DNA of 64,000 bases, taken from Phycisphaerae bacterium. GTDB lineage: Bacteria; Planctomycetota; Phycisphaerae; UBA1845; Fen-1342. The notes under the pieces are model-generated. The model was not told where the DNA came from and did no database searches. It was given only the letters and a program-made list of their open reading frames with translations. Positions 20,472-31,302 of this stretch are shown here, in pieces. The stretch covers positions 288,001-352,000 of the forward strand of contig CAXXWX010000026.1 in the NCBI GenBank assembly GCA_963675745.2, given 5' to 3'. Numbering within the stretch: position 1 is the first letter of the stretch; each line of letters opens with the position of its first letter. The position numbers and the translations under genes were made by a program.

Positions 20472-23333
20472 CTAGCCAAGGCCGAGCCACGCGCCGATCT
20501 GCGGGCCGTACCTGACGATCAGGCCGGCGAAAACAACGCTGACCATGCTCATAAGCTTGATGAGAATGTTCAGGCTCGGGCCGGACGTATCCTTGAACGG
20601 GTCACCCACAGTGTCGCCCACCACGCCGGCCTTGTGGTCTTCCGACCCCTTGCCGTACACGATCATGTCGGGATTGCCGGTCCGCATGGCCATCTCCGCC
20701 CGGGTAACGAGATCGGCGCGGATGCTCGGCGGGAGCCTGTCCTGAACACTCTTATCCTCGACGACCTGCTTGGCGGTTATGCGTCCATAGGTCTCGATGA
20801 GCTTCTTGGCGTTGTCCCAGGCGCCACCGGAGTTGGCCATGAAGATCGCCAGCGCAAAACCACTGGTCAGACCGCCCGCCAACAGCCCCATGACCCCCGC
20901 CACGCCAAAGAGCAGCCCCACCGTCACCGGCAGAATGATGGCGAGCAGGGCCGGCATGATCATCTCATGCTGGGCACCGGCGGTGGAGATCGCCACGCAG
21001 TTTGCGTAGTCGGGATACTGGTGATTGTCCACGGTCACGCGCTTCGGCCAGTTATCCGGGTTCTGCACAAACGCCTCGTCCTTGCCCTCATTGCGCAGGA
21101 ACTGGCGAATCTTCTCAAACTGCACGCGGCACTCGATCATCATGCGGTTGGCCGCCCGACCGACTGCCTTCATCGTCAGCGAGCAGAACAGAAACGCCAG
21201 CAGCACTCCGGCAAAGAGCCCGCAGAGCACCTTCGGGTTCATCAACGTTACGTTGTAGAAAGTCATGAATTGCGGCAACGATGCCCGCCGCGTGGGAACC
21301 AGGTCGAGCACGACCGGTTTGTCGACGTCGATGACGGCGGACTTGCGTATATACGCACTGTCCTTGTCGGTTTCGGGGCCGAGCAGGACCTTGGTCTCGC
21401 CGGGCACCAGTGACGTAACGACCTCCGGGCGGGCATTGAGCAACATAAACGCCCGCACATCGGCGGTTCCGGGCAGCTTGTATTCGCCGGCCGCGCTATC
21501 TTTCTGCTCGCCGTGGATCCAGCTTCCAAACTTGCCGTGACCGAGATATACCGCCTGGGCGGGGTTGGGAGCCTCGAACACCTCGGCGACGCGGTCGCGC
21601 GACTCAAACAACTGACCAAAGCGAACTTCCTCAATATACGCCGCCAGCAACGCCAGCGCTGTCAGGGCGGCGGAACCGATCGCGAAACCCTTGCCGGTGG
21701 CCGCGGTCGTGTTGCCCAGGGCGTCCAGTGCGTCGGTGCGCTCGCGAACGTGGGGTTCCTGGCCGGTCATCTCGGCGTTGCCGCCGGCATTGTCGGCGAT
21801 CGGCCCGTAGGCATCGGTCGCGAGCGTGATGCCCAAGGTCGCGAGCATGCCGACCGCCGCAAAACCGATGCCATAGAGTCCCAGCATGAACTCCGTGCCG
21901 CCGCCGGCCCAGGTGTAGGCCAGCATGATCGCGACGATGATCGTGCCCAGGGATGCCCAGGTACTCTTCATACCTTCGGCGATACCGCTGATGATGATCG
22001 TCGCCGGACCGGTGATGCCCTGTGCGGAGATCATCCTGGTGGGCTTGTAGTCATAGCTGGTGTAATACTCCGTCGAGAAGCCGATCACGAGCCCGGCCAC
22101 AAGCCCGGCGAGAATACTCCCCCAGATCCCATACCATTTCACCCCTTCGATATCGCCCAGCAGCAACCAGCAGACCAGGCCCGCCGCCAGCGCGATGAAC
22201 ACGCTGCTGCCCCAGATGCCCTTGTTAAGTGCCCGCATGAGCACGGCCATCGTGGCCTTTTCTTCACTCTTGACCAGGTAAATACCCGCGATCGACAGCA
22301 GAATACCGACGCCGGCGAGGACCATCGGGGCCGCCAGGAAGCGAATCGCGGCCTCAAAGCCCGGGCCGCTGGTCTCGGTGCCGAAGAGCGCGGCCGCGGC
22401 GGCAACGCCCAGAGCGGCCGTCGCAAGAATGGAGCCGCAATATGACTCGTACAGGTCGGCCCCCATGCCGGCCACGTCGCCGACATTGTCACCTACGTTG
22501 TCCGCGATGGTGGCGGGGTTACGGGCGTCATCTTCAGGGATGCCGGCCTCAACCTTGCCGACCAGATCGGCGCCAACGTCCGCGGCCTTGGTGAAAATCC
22601 CACCGCCGACACGCGCGAACAACGCTTGTGTTGACGCCCCCATGCCGAACGTGAGCATGATGACCGTAATGGTCGATAGGTGCAGGCCGCTAAATGTGTA
22701 GAGGATGAAGAACCAGGCTGTGATGTCGATAAGTGCGAAACCGACGACCACGAGCCCCATCACGGCGCCGGCCCGAAACGCGACTGTCAGCCCGTCATTG
22801 AGGCTCTTGCGCGCCCCGGCCGCCGTCCGGTTACTCGCCATCGTTGCGGTCTTCATGCCCAGATAGCCGCACAGACCGCTGAAGAACCCGCCGGTGAGGA
22901 ATGCGAACCAGACAATGCTGTTCTGCACCTTGAGGTAATAGCCCATCCAGGCCAGGATCGCGGCAAGCACGATGAACACGACGAATACGACAGTGTATTG
23001 GCGTCTCAAGTACGCCATTGCCCCGTCGCGCACGTGTCCGGCGATCTCGATCATCTCGGGATCACCCTGATCCGAGGCGAGCACTTCTTTGTAGAATTTG
23101 CGCGCGAACACCAGCGCGATGATCGCGCAGATCGGCGCCACCCACCACACGGCGGGAAGATCGCCAAGGCCGTGATGAACACCCGCCGCAGCCTCGACCG
23201 GCAGATCCGTCGCCGCCATCGGGGCCGCCGGTACGTCCTGCGCCAGGGCCGCCAGTGGCGTGACCAGGCCCACGAGAAGTCCGACGGCGCATATCGCGAA
23301 TAGATTTCGGTGTCGTCTGGTGATACCGCCCAC
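20472..23333 (-). CDS. hppA: Membrane-integral ion-translocating pyrophosphatase, K+-dependent, Na+ or Na+/H+ type
   Basis: [76 protein letters not shown] before GTG. Confidence 0.95.
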   Translation of the reverse strand: MGGITRRHRNLFAICAVGLLVGLVTPLAALAQDVPAAPMAATDLPVEAAAGVHHGLGDLPAVWWVAPICAIIALVFARKFYKEVLASDQGDPEMIEIAGHVRDGAMAYLRRQYTVVFVVFIVLAAILAWMGYYLKVQNSIVWFAFLTGGFFSGLCGYLGMKTATMASNRTAAGARKSLNDGLTVAFRAGAVMGLVVVGFALIDITAWFFILYTFSGLHLSTITVIMLTFGMGASTQALFARVGGGIFTKAADVGADLVGKVEAGIPEDDARNPATIADNVGDNVGDVAGMGADLYESYCGSILATAALGVAAAAALFGTETSGPGFEAAIRFLAAPMVLAGVGILLSIAGIYLVKSEEKATMAVLMRALNKGIWGSSVFIALAAGLVCWLLLGDIEGVKWYGIWGSILAGLVAGLVIGFSTEYYTSYDYKPTRMISAQGITGPATIIISGIAEGMKSTWASLGTIIVAIMLAYTWAGGGTEFMLGLYGIGFAAVGMLATLGITLATDAYGPIADNAGGNAEMTGQEPHVRERTDALDALGNTTAATGKGFAIGSAALTALALLAAYIEEVRFGQLFESRDRVAEVFEAPNPAQAVYLGHGKFGSWIHGEQKDSAAGEYKLPGTADVRAFMLLNARPEVVTSLVPGETKVLLGPETDKDSAYIRKSAVIDVDKPVVLDLVPTRRASLPQFMTFYNVTLMNPKVLCGLFAGVLLAFLFCSLTMKAVGRAANRMMIECRVQFEKIRQFLRNEGKDEAFVQNPDNWPKRVTVDNHQYPDYANCVAISTAGAQHEMIMPALLAIILPVTVGLLFGVAGVMGLLAGGLTSGFALAIFMANSGGAWDNAKKLIETYGRITAKQVVEDKSVQDRLPPSIRADLVTRAEMAMRTGNPDMIVYGKGSEDHKAGVVGDTVGDPFKDTSGPSLNILIKLMSMVSVVFAGLIVRYGPQIGAWLGLG

Positions 23334-23604
23334 TGAATTGCTCCTACTAGCGTTCGACGCGAGATTTTGACCCGGTTGGCAAAGCTATCGAGGTCGACCG
23401 AAGCCGCGGCCCCGCGCCGTGGGCGCGGCTTCAAAGAGAGACCGCGTAATGTACTGGAAACCCGCCGCTACGCAAGGCCGCGCGGCGGCACCAGGCAGCC
23501 AAACCGGGCGGCCGCCGGCGCCTGGCGTCTGCGTGGCGCGCGTTGACCCGCGCAGGTGAAGCCACTACGCTGTGTCGCATTGGGCCGTATAGGAGTGGAA
23601 CAAG

Positions 23605-24420
23605 ATGACCCGCGGTAGCGTGTCGGGGGACTCGAGCGTCCAGATGCGGCACGATAACACCGGGGATGCGCCTCCCGAGTCGCCGGCGCAGCTCAAAGCC
23701 GTCATCGCCGGACTGCAGCGCGAGCTCATCCTCGCCCAGCGTCTCGCCTATGCCGGCACGGTATCTTCGATGCTGGCCCACGAGTACAACAACCTGATGA
23801 CGCCGATTCTGGCGCGGTCGATGAACGCGCTCAGCCGTGGCGATGCGGAGACGATGCGCAGCACGCTCGATCGGACCGTGACACAGGTGCAGAAGGCGGT
23901 CGAGCTGAGCCGGCACCTGCTGAAACTGACCGACTCCACGCGCGACGTTGACCAGCCCGATGATGTCTGCGTCGTGGCCACCGCTGTACAGGAGGCTGTC
24001 GCCGAGGCCGTACGTCCGTTCGCCAAGGACGGCCTGGAACTGCGTATTTCGGTGCCGGAGGATCTACAGGTCCGGGCCCGGTCGCTGCTGCTTGAACAGG
24101 TTCTGCTGAACCTGCTGGTCAACGCGCGCGAAGCAATGGACGGGCGGGCCGGCTCGATCAGCGTTTCGGCCCGGGGCACCCACGGTTTCGTGGAGATTGA
24201 CGTCAGCGACAGCGGACGTGGGTTGCCCGATTCCGCGGATGCGTTTAACGACTTCCTGGACACAAACGCCGAACGCGATACGCGGCGCTGGCAACAGGTT
24301 GGCCTGGGCCTGCACGTGTGCCGCCTGCTGGCACAGCAGCACGGGGCGAGTATCCGGGTGTCGAATAACGATGGAGTTGGCTGCACATTTACGCTGCGCT
24401 GGCCGACGCCCGATAACTAA
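23605..24420 (+). CDS. Cytoplasmic histidine kinase (HisKA-HATPase, no sensor domain)
   Basis: AHEYNNLM H-box; QVLLNLLVNA N-box; DSGRG G1; GLGL G2. Confidence 0.85.
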   Translation: MTRGSVSGDSSVQMRHDNTGDAPPESPAQLKAVIAGLQRELILAQRLAYAGTVSSMLAHEYNNLMTPILARSMNALSRGDAETMRSTLDRTVTQVQKAVELSRHLLKLTDSTRDVDQPDDVCVVATAVQEAVAEAVRPFAKDGLELRISVPEDLQVRARSLLLEQVLLNLLVNAREAMDGRAGSISVSARGTHGFVEIDVSDSGRGLPDSADAFNDFLDTNAERDTRRWQQVGLGLHVCRLLAQQHGASIRVSNNDGVGCTFTLRWPTPDN

Positions 24421-24578
24421 ACGCGATATCCACCCCGCGAAAGCCCTTTCGCCTAGCGCCACTTCACGAATAATCCTATACTTTAGGAGTTGGAGGTGTG
24501 GGTCAGTGGCGGCGTCCGTTTGGCGTAACCGCCACGCCATCTCTTGGTAAACCGTCCCGTAAACCTGGGGTCACGGCG

Positions 24579-25664
24579 ATGTCCGGACAACGAAAGCTCC
24601 TGGTGGCGCTCGGCACATGTGTCGGGCTGCTGTCGGCCACGCCTGCGATACAGGCTCAAGAAGCGGCTAAACTCCTGATCGGCAACTACTTCAGTGATGA
24701 AGTGATCGCAATCGAGCACAGCGGCAGCAGCGAAGTCGTTTACACCAGCGCTGACGGCCTGAGCGGTCCCTTCGGCTCAAATGCCCTGGTCTTCGACACT
24801 GACGGAAACCTGTTGGTGGGGAATTTCAACTCACACGCGGTTGTGAGGGGCACCGACGGCCATGTCGTGGCGGACGCGGGCGACGGTGTCGTGAGCCCGG
24901 ATGGTCTGGCATACGGCGCCGATGGCACGCTCTACATCGCTAACCGCGACGGTCTCAACATCCTGAGCGTGACCGGCGACGGAACCGTCGCGGTATTCGA
25001 CGATTCACTGTCGCTCGGGCGACCAATGACCATCTCGGTCGGCGGTAACTGGCTCTACGTGGCCAACGATGCCGGCGAGTTGCTCCGCTATAACCTGAGC
25101 GAGCCCGCCGCGCCCAGTGTCGTCGGGACGTTTGGCGTGGGTGGCGGCAACGTGGCGATAACCGCGCTCGCCGGCGGCAATCTCGTGTACCTGGTCGACG
25201 ATGGCAGTGTTAAGGCGATCATCCCCGGACAGACCAGCAGCGTGCTGGCGACGTTGCCCGTCGGCGCCGATGAGGGCATCGCCCTGGCACCTGAGAGTTT
25301 CGCGAGCAGCCGGCTTTACGTCGCCGACTTCAGTGGCTTCGTCTACGAAGTCGACACGACCGACGGTGACTGGTCCGTGTTCGCTTCGCGCGACACGCAC
25401 GGCCTGTCCGGACCGAGCGGCCTGCTGTTCTTCGATCCCGCGCCGCCCGATCCCTGCGCCGGATTCACCAGTTGCGACACGAACTGCGACGGGTTCATCA
25501 ACAGCGGCGACATTGATCCCTTCGTCATGGCACTCGATGACCCGCCGGCATATGCCGCAACATATCCTGACTGTGACATGCTCTGCACCTGCGATGTCAA
25601 CGGAGATGGCTTTGTGAACGCCGGCGACATCGACCCGTTCGTGCTCTGCCTGAGCGGTCCGTAG
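24579..25664 (+). CDS. Secreted beta-propeller protein with C-terminal dockerin-like domain
   Basis: Signal peptide ending AQ; propeller blades (FDTDGNLLV, PDGLAYGADGTLYIA); duplicated DxNxDGFxNxGDIDPFV. Confidence 0.8.
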   Translation: MSGQRKLLVALGTCVGLLSATPAIQAQEAAKLLIGNYFSDEVIAIEHSGSSEVVYTSADGLSGPFGSNALVFDTDGNLLVGNFNSHAVVRGTDGHVVADAGDGVVSPDGLAYGADGTLYIANRDGLNILSVTGDGTVAVFDDSLSLGRPMTISVGGNWLYVANDAGELLRYNLSEPAAPSVVGTFGVGGGNVAITALAGGNLVYLVDDGSVKAIIPGQTSSVLATLPVGADEGIALAPESFASSRLYVADFSGFVYEVDTTDGDWSVFASRDTHGLSGPSGLLFFDPAPPDPCAGFTSCDTNCDGFINSGDIDPFVMALDDPPAYAATYPDCDMLCTCDVNGDGFVNAGDIDPFVLCLSGP

Positions 25665-25680
25665 TGCGGGCGGCCGCATC

Positions 25681-26100
25681 ATGACCGAAGGTGTGGTTGT
25701 CGTCGTTCGACGCAACGGGCGTTTCCTGGTGATCCGCCGCGCACTGCACATCCGTGCCGGCGGGGCCTGGTGTTTCGTAGGCGGCGGGATCGAACCGGGC
25801 GAGTCACAGGCGGAAGCGGTCGTGCGCGAATTCGCCGAAGAGGTGGGGGCCGACGTCCATCCCGTACGAAAAGTCTGGGAATACGTGCGACCCGATGGGG
25901 AACTCCGCCTGCACTGGTGGTTGGGTGATCTGACTGACCAGGATCTGCGACCCAATCCGGCGGAGGTCTTGGAACTGCGCTGGTGTACGCCCGCCCAGAT
26001 CGAGGCGCTGCCCGGCCTGCTCGACGGCAATCTGGCGTTCATGCACAAGATCGGTCAACAATTGGTGGACAAAGCGCCCCCGTCAGCACGGTTATCCTGA
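25681..26100 (+). CDS. NUDIX hydrolase
   Basis: Nudix box GGGIEPGESQAEAVVREFAEEVG. Confidence 0.9.
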   Translation: MTEGVVVVVRRNGRFLVIRRALHIRAGGAWCFVGGGIEPGESQAEAVVREFAEEVGADVHPVRKVWEYVRPDGELRLHWWLGDLTDQDLRPNPAEVLELRWCTPAQIEALPGLLDGNLAFMHKIGQQLVDKAPPSARLS

Positions 26101-26151
26101 ACATCGCGATCCGCAAGCCATCCGCAAACCGGCAAAAGCAATGGCCGTTGG

Positions 26152-27339
26152 CTATCCGCCCGGCGAACTCTTCAGCCGCGTGCGCAGGTTATCCATGACG
26201 TTCATGAAGTTGATGTAGGAGTCGTAGGGCGAGTCATACGGGTTGAAATAACTGTGTACGTCGCCATCTTCGAAGAACTTCGTGCACATGTAGTAAAAGT
26301 GGTCAGAGCTCTGGAGCCGGCGCCAATCGTTCAGCAGGTCGGGATCGCCCGACTCTTTCACCTTGGGCTCCAGGCGATAGAGCTCGTGCAGCGCGTTCGA
26401 CTGCATCGCGTTGCCCAGCCAGGCGGAAAGATCGCGCTCGGTGTCGGCCCATGAAATCATGTGCGGCACGTCGTATTCCCCGCTGGTCGGGAATCTGTCA
26501 GCGGCCTCGCTAGGGGTGAGGAATCCGTTGCCCGGCGTCTTGAACACTTCCTCCGGCATGTGACGTAGGAAGTCAAAAATGCCCGTGTCGGCCCACTGGT
26601 GTTCGCCAAAGGTCTCGTAGTCCATGAACAGATTGACCAGATAGCCGTCACCATCCACCGCGTTGACGCAGCGTGCGAACTTGTCGGCGGTCAGCGGCCA
26701 ATCAGCCCAGCTCTGATCGCCGAAACGAAACGCGATATCGTCAGACAGCCTGTAGTTTTTCAGCAGCAGCTTGGGCGCGCGCAGTTCGGGAGGCGAATAG
26801 ACGTGTGTAGATGGCCGATAGCCCAGCAGATGATCGGCCCCCTCACACAAAACCGCCTTGTATCCCAGCTCCGCCGCCGCATGTGCCAGCTCATTGCAGT
26901 AAATCAACTCGGTGTTACGGAAGACGGTCGGCACCTGCCCGAACAGCTCCTCGACGCGTCGGCGGTGCGCCATGACCTGCTCGATGAACTCCTCACGCGA
27001 GTATAGGAAGCTGAGCGAGTGGTGGTAGGTTTCAGACAGGAATTCGACCGCGCCGGTGTCGGCGAGTCGCTGAAACGACTCCAGCACTTCCGGTACGTAG
27101 CGCTCGAGCTGCTCGAGCACAACTCCCGACAGGCTGAACGAGACGCGGAATTCGCCGCCGTAGCGCGTGATCAGCTCATATAGCAGCCGATTGGTGGGTA
27201 TGTAGCACTTCTGCGCGACTTTGCGGATCACGCCCTGGTTGGCCCCCTCGTCGTAATACGCGTGGTCCTCGTCGAAGATGCTGTAGCGCCTCAGACGATA
27301 CGGCTGATGGACCTGAAAATAGAAGCACAACGATGCCAT
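26152..27339 (-). CDS. Glycoside hydrolase family 57 (alpha-amylase-like)
   Basis: FQVHQP; ETYHHSL; FRNTELIY; FMDYETFGEH; SDHFYYM. Confidence 0.95.
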   Translation of the reverse strand: MASLCFYFQVHQPYRLRRYSIFDEDHAYYDEGANQGVIRKVAQKCYIPTNRLLYELITRYGGEFRVSFSLSGVVLEQLERYVPEVLESFQRLADTGAVEFLSETYHHSLSFLYSREEFIEQVMAHRRRVEELFGQVPTVFRNTELIYCNELAHAAAELGYKAVLCEGADHLLGYRPSTHVYSPPELRAPKLLLKNYRLSDDIAFRFGDQSWADWPLTADKFARCVNAVDGDGYLVNLFMDYETFGEHQWADTGIFDFLRHMPEEVFKTPGNGFLTPSEAADRFPTSGEYDVPHMISWADTERDLSAWLGNAMQSNALHELYRLEPKVKESGDPDLLNDWRRLQSSDHFYYMCTKFFEDGDVHSYFNPYDSPYDSYINFMNVMDNLRTRLKSSPGG

Positions 27340-27348
27340 GACTGCTCG

Positions 27349-28671
27349 TTAGGCGCTGGCGGCGGCGTGTACATCCCGGTAGACCCGGAGGCAGTGCTCC
27401 GCGGCATCCAGCCAACTGAATCGACGCACCTCGATGGTGCCGTGGTCACGCAGCGTCTGCTGCAACGGGGGATGGCGCAGGACGGCGAGGATCTTGTTGG
27501 CCATCTCGTTAACGTCCCAGAAATCCACCTTGAGCGCGTGCGTGAGCACTTCTGCCACGCCGCTCTGCTTTGAGATCAACACCGGGACGTTGTTCGCCAG
27601 CGCTTCCAGCGGCGCGATTCCAAACGGCTCGGAGACCGATGGCATCACGTACAGGTCCGCCATGCGGAATACCTTGCGTACGTCGTTGCCGCGCAAAAAA
27701 CCCGTGAACAGCACGCGATGGCCGATGCCCATTTCGGCGGCCATTTCGATCATGCGCCTGGCGAGGTCGCCGCTGCCGGCCATGACGAAACGCACATTGT
27801 CCATGATCTCCAGGACCCGTTTCGCTGCGGCCAGGAAGTATTCCGGGCCCTTCTGCATCGTGATCCGGCCGAGAAACAGGACGATCTTGTCGGACTGCGT
27901 GATCGGCGGCAGCGAGCGCGCCGATTCGCCGTCCGAGGTCTCGATCGCGTTGTAGACAACCTCGACCTTGCGCGAATCGACGCCGTAGTGCTGTACGATG
28001 AGATTGTGCGTCAGATGGCTGACGGCGATGATGCGGTCGGCGGCGTGCATCCCCGCGCGTTCGATATCGTAGATTCGCTGGTTGACGTGCGCGCCCGACC
28101 GGTCGAATTCCGTGGAGTGAACATGCACAACCAGCGGTGCCCCGCTCACATCGCGCGCCGCGACGCCCGCGCTGAAGGTCATCCAATCATGAGCATGGAT
28201 GACCTCATGCTCTTCTTCGGCCGCGATAGCGCTGGCCGCCCGCGCATAGCGATCGATTTCAACGAATATGTCACCGCTGTACTCCTGGCCCGGACCCGAG
28301 TATTTGGACGACGGCTCCCGGGTAGCGCGGCGGCGCGGCGATTCGCTGGCGTCGCCGCGCGCATCCAGCGGCATCTCGTCACGCGGACGGCCGTAAGGCT
28401 GGAGGTTGGCATCGACGGTGCGAATACGGATACCCGGGGCGGTGCCCGGACGCGCTTCCTGATCCGGTTCGGCCGGCGCTTCGACCAGCGGCTTCCGCGG
28501 CTGACTGACAAGATGAACGTGTTCCGGCTGTTCGCCTGAAACCGGTCGCGGCAAGACAAACGTGATCTTCGCGCCGAGTTCGTCGAGCCCGCGCGTCAGT
28601 CCATGACAGGCGGTGCCCAGGCCGCCGCTGATATACGGCGGAAACTCCCATCCGAGCATCAGAACTTTCAT
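27349..28671 (-). CDS. GT4 glycosyltransferase (glycogen/alpha-glucan synthesis-like)
   Basis: MLGWEFPPYISGGLG; HAHDW; QKGPEYF; EPFGIAPLEA. Confidence 0.95.
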   Translation of the reverse strand: MKVLMLGWEFPPYISGGLGTACHGLTRGLDELGAKITFVLPRPVSGEQPEHVHLVSQPRKPLVEAPAEPDQEARPGTAPGIRIRTVDANLQPYGRPRDEMPLDARGDASESPRRRATREPSSKYSGPGQEYSGDIFVEIDRYARAASAIAAEEEHEVIHAHDWMTFSAGVAARDVSGAPLVVHVHSTEFDRSGAHVNQRIYDIERAGMHAADRIIAVSHLTHNLIVQHYGVDSRKVEVVYNAIETSDGESARSLPPITQSDKIVLFLGRITMQKGPEYFLAAAKRVLEIMDNVRFVMAGSGDLARRMIEMAAEMGIGHRVLFTGFLRGNDVRKVFRMADLYVMPSVSEPFGIAPLEALANNVPVLISKQSGVAEVLTHALKVDFWDVNEMANKILAVLRHPPLQQTLRDHGTIEVRRFSWLDAAEHCLRVYRDVHAAASA

Positions 28672-28999
28672 CGTTCCCACGGCTCCGGTGGCAAGAGATG
28701 TACGCCCAACCGTCCAGGCATCGCGTACCACAGTTGTCAGCAAGGTAACTACAGGGCACACCCCTGGCGCGCGCCGGCTGTGCTCCGGCCGCGCGTGCGC
28801 GGGCTCCCGAGACGCCCGAGAAGTTACGGAGATGCGCGACACTTGTCAACGCGGGAGCGAAAATGCGCAGCTCGGACGGCGACCACACGGGCGTATCGTT
28901 GGCACGCATCGTGCTTGCGGCGAGCCCCGTCAGAGCCATAATCGCATCATGGCTCCCGGGGACAGCGGCACGAGGTACGCAGTGATGGGCGACTGGCGC

Positions 29000-29743
29000 A
29001 TGGATTGGCGGATTCTGCTGAGCACGTTTGTACTGATTCTGCTGGCGGAACTGGGGGACAAGACCCAACTTGCCGCGCTGGCCTCTTCGGCCAGCAGCAA
29101 ATCCACCTGGTCGGTCTTTGCCGGCGCCTGCCTGGCGTTGCTCCTCTCGACTCTGGTGGCCGTTCTGGTGGGGGCCGCATTCAAGACGTATTTGCCGGCC
29201 AGAGCGATCCACGCGGCCGCCGGCGTGGCCTTTGTGGTCATGGGGATACTCTGGATCACGCGGGCGATTGCGGGGCCCGTGGAATCGTCGGCGTCCGCCG
29301 CCGCCGGCGGCCCGTCGATTGTGACACGTCTGGCCATGGAAGCCGCCGCCAAGTTCGAAGCCGCCTCCAGCACCAACTACCTGGATCTGGCCACGGCCAC
29401 CGACAATCCCAAACTCCGCGACCTGTTCACCGAGCTGGCCTTTGAAGACCGCTGCCATCTGGCCCGCGTGCGCTCGCTCAAGGAATCTCATGGCGAGACC
29501 ACGCTGGCAATCGCGGCGGCGACTCCGGTAGCGCCGCCCCCGGCCGCCCCGGACAGCCTGACCGAGATCGACCGCACGACTATCGCTTCGGCGGCCGCCC
29601 ACGAAGACGCCACCGCACAGTTCTATTTCGGCCTGGCCGAGGCCACCGCAAGTCGCAGCCTGCGCGCCGCGTTCCTGCGACTTGGGGAGGAGGATCGCGC
29701 CCATGGACAGCGCCTGCGTGCCTGGATAGGCGCCTCAGGTTGA
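29000..29743 (+). CDS. UPF0016/GDT1 (TMEM165) single-repeat membrane domain fused to a rubrerythrin-like ferritin domain
   Basis: AELGDKTQLA motif and 3 TM segments, then two helical repeats FE...Y..LA...LFTELAFEDRCH and HE...FY..LA...FLRLGEEDRAH. Confidence 0.8.
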   Translation: MDWRILLSTFVLILLAELGDKTQLAALASSASSKSTWSVFAGACLALLLSTLVAVLVGAAFKTYLPARAIHAAAGVAFVVMGILWITRAIAGPVESSASAAAGGPSIVTRLAMEAAAKFEAASSTNYLDLATATDNPKLRDLFTELAFEDRCHLARVRSLKESHGETTLAIAAATPVAPPPAAPDSLTEIDRTTIASAAAHEDATAQFYFGLAEATASRSLRAAFLRLGEEDRAHGQRLRAWIGASG

Positions 29744-29873
29744 TGTTTTGGGCTGACACGGCGCCCAGCAGGCGATGCCCGCCGGCTTGCCGACGGCCCC
29801 CATCCGTGGCACGATATACAATCTTGGACGATTTGTGGCGATTGAGGTTACTGGAAGCACATGCGGAGCTCTG

Positions 29874-30458
29874 ATGATGACAGCAGGTGAGAAGGGGTTT
29901 GTGGCGATTGTCTCTGGTCTGCCGCGGTCCGGCACGTCGATGATGATGCGGATGCTCGACGCGGGAGGCATCCCGGCGTTGACCGACAACATCCGGACGG
30001 CCGACGATGACAACCCGCGCGGCTACTACGAGTTTGAGCCGGTCAAGCAGACCAAGAAAGACGCGTCCTGGCTAGCGCAGGCACCCGGCAAGGTCGTGAA
30101 GATGGTGCATCTGCTGCTCATGGACCTGCCCGAGGGCTACGAGTACCGCGTGGTCTTCATGCGCCGCAAACTGGAAGAGGTAATCCGATCGCAGGATGTG
30201 ATGCTCGAACGCAAGGGCAAGGGCAGTGCCGGACTCTCGGCCGACAAGATGATGTCAATCTTCCAGAAGCAGATCGACGACGTGGATGCGTGGGTAAAGG
30301 AGCGGCCGCACTTCAAAATCCTGCACGTCAGCTACAACGACATGCTCACCTCGCCCGCTCCGCTCGTGCAGCAGGTGAACGAGTTCCTGGGTGGCGATTT
30401 GAACATCGAGGCGATGAACGCAACCGTTGAGCCCAAGCTGTACCGCCAGCGAGCGTGA
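29874..30458 (+). CDS. Sulfotransferase-family P-loop protein
   Basis: SGLPRSGTSMMM; NPRGYYE; FMRR...SQ. Confidence 0.85.
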   Translation: MMTAGEKGFVAIVSGLPRSGTSMMMRMLDAGGIPALTDNIRTADDDNPRGYYEFEPVKQTKKDASWLAQAPGKVVKMVHLLLMDLPEGYEYRVVFMRRKLEEVIRSQDVMLERKGKGSAGLSADKMMSIFQKQIDDVDAWVKERPHFKILHVSYNDMLTSPAPLVQQVNEFLGGDLNIEAMNATVEPKLYRQRA

Positions 30459-30515
30459 GATTCGCAACTCGCGTGATCTGACACCTGGCGTTTCCCGTTA
30501 TCCGGAGATCAACAC

Positions 30516-31265
30516 ATGTACAAGCTGGTCCTACTGCGGCACGGCGAGAGCATCTGGAACAAGGAAAACCGCTTCACCGGCTGGACCGACGTTGATCTGT
30601 CGGAAAAGGGCATCGCCGAGGCCACCAGCGCCGGGAAGATTCTCAGAGAGCAGGGCTTCACCTTTGACCTGGCGTACACGTCCGTGTTGAAACGTGCCAT
30701 CCGAACGCTCTGGATTGCGCTCGATCAAATGGACTTGATGTGGATTCCGGTCGTGCGGGATTGGCGACTCAACGAACGCCACTACGGCGCGCTGCAGGGC
30801 CTCAACAAAGCTGAAACCGCCGAGAAACACGGCGCCGATCAGGTCAAACTCTGGCGGCGTGCTTACGCGATCCAACCGCCCGCACTAGATACCTCGGACG
30901 AACGGTATCCCGGACACGACCGCCGCTACGCCGCCTTGACCGATGCCGAACTACCACTGACCGAATGCCTGAAGGACACCGTCGAGCGCTTCCTGCCGCT
31001 GTGGCACGAGAGCATCGCCCCCACCGTCAAATCGGGCCAGCGCGTGATTATCGCGGCCCACGGCAACAGTCTGCGCGCGCTGGTCAAATACCTCGACAAC
31101 ATCGGCGATGACGAGATCGTCGGGCTCAATATCCCCACCGGCGTGCCGCTGGTTTATGAGCTCGACGCCGATCTGAAACCGATCAAGCACGAATACCTCG
31201 GCGACCAGGCGGCGATCGAGGCCGCGATGAACGCCGTGGCAAACCAGGCCAAGGCCAAGCCGTAG
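30516..31265 (+). CDS. gpmA: 2,3-bisphosphoglycerate-dependent phosphoglycerate mutase
   Basis: [38 protein letters not shown]. Confidence 0.97.
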   Translation: MYKLVLLRHGESIWNKENRFTGWTDVDLSEKGIAEATSAGKILREQGFTFDLAYTSVLKRAIRTLWIALDQMDLMWIPVVRDWRLNERHYGALQGLNKAETAEKHGADQVKLWRRAYAIQPPALDTSDERYPGHDRRYAALTDAELPLTECLKDTVERFLPLWHESIAPTVKSGQRVIIAAHGNSLRALVKYLDNIGDDEIVGLNIPTGVPLVYELDADLKPIKHEYLGDQAAIEAAMNAVANQAKAKP

Positions 31266-31302
31266 CATTGGCAACCCGCGCCGCTGGCGCGGCGCCCCCG
31301 GA

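Noticed and set aside
28613..28999. N-terminal extension of the UPF0016 fusion ORF
   Set aside because: Overlaps the GT4 start and divergent promoter region; the family-like sequence begins at ATG 29000.
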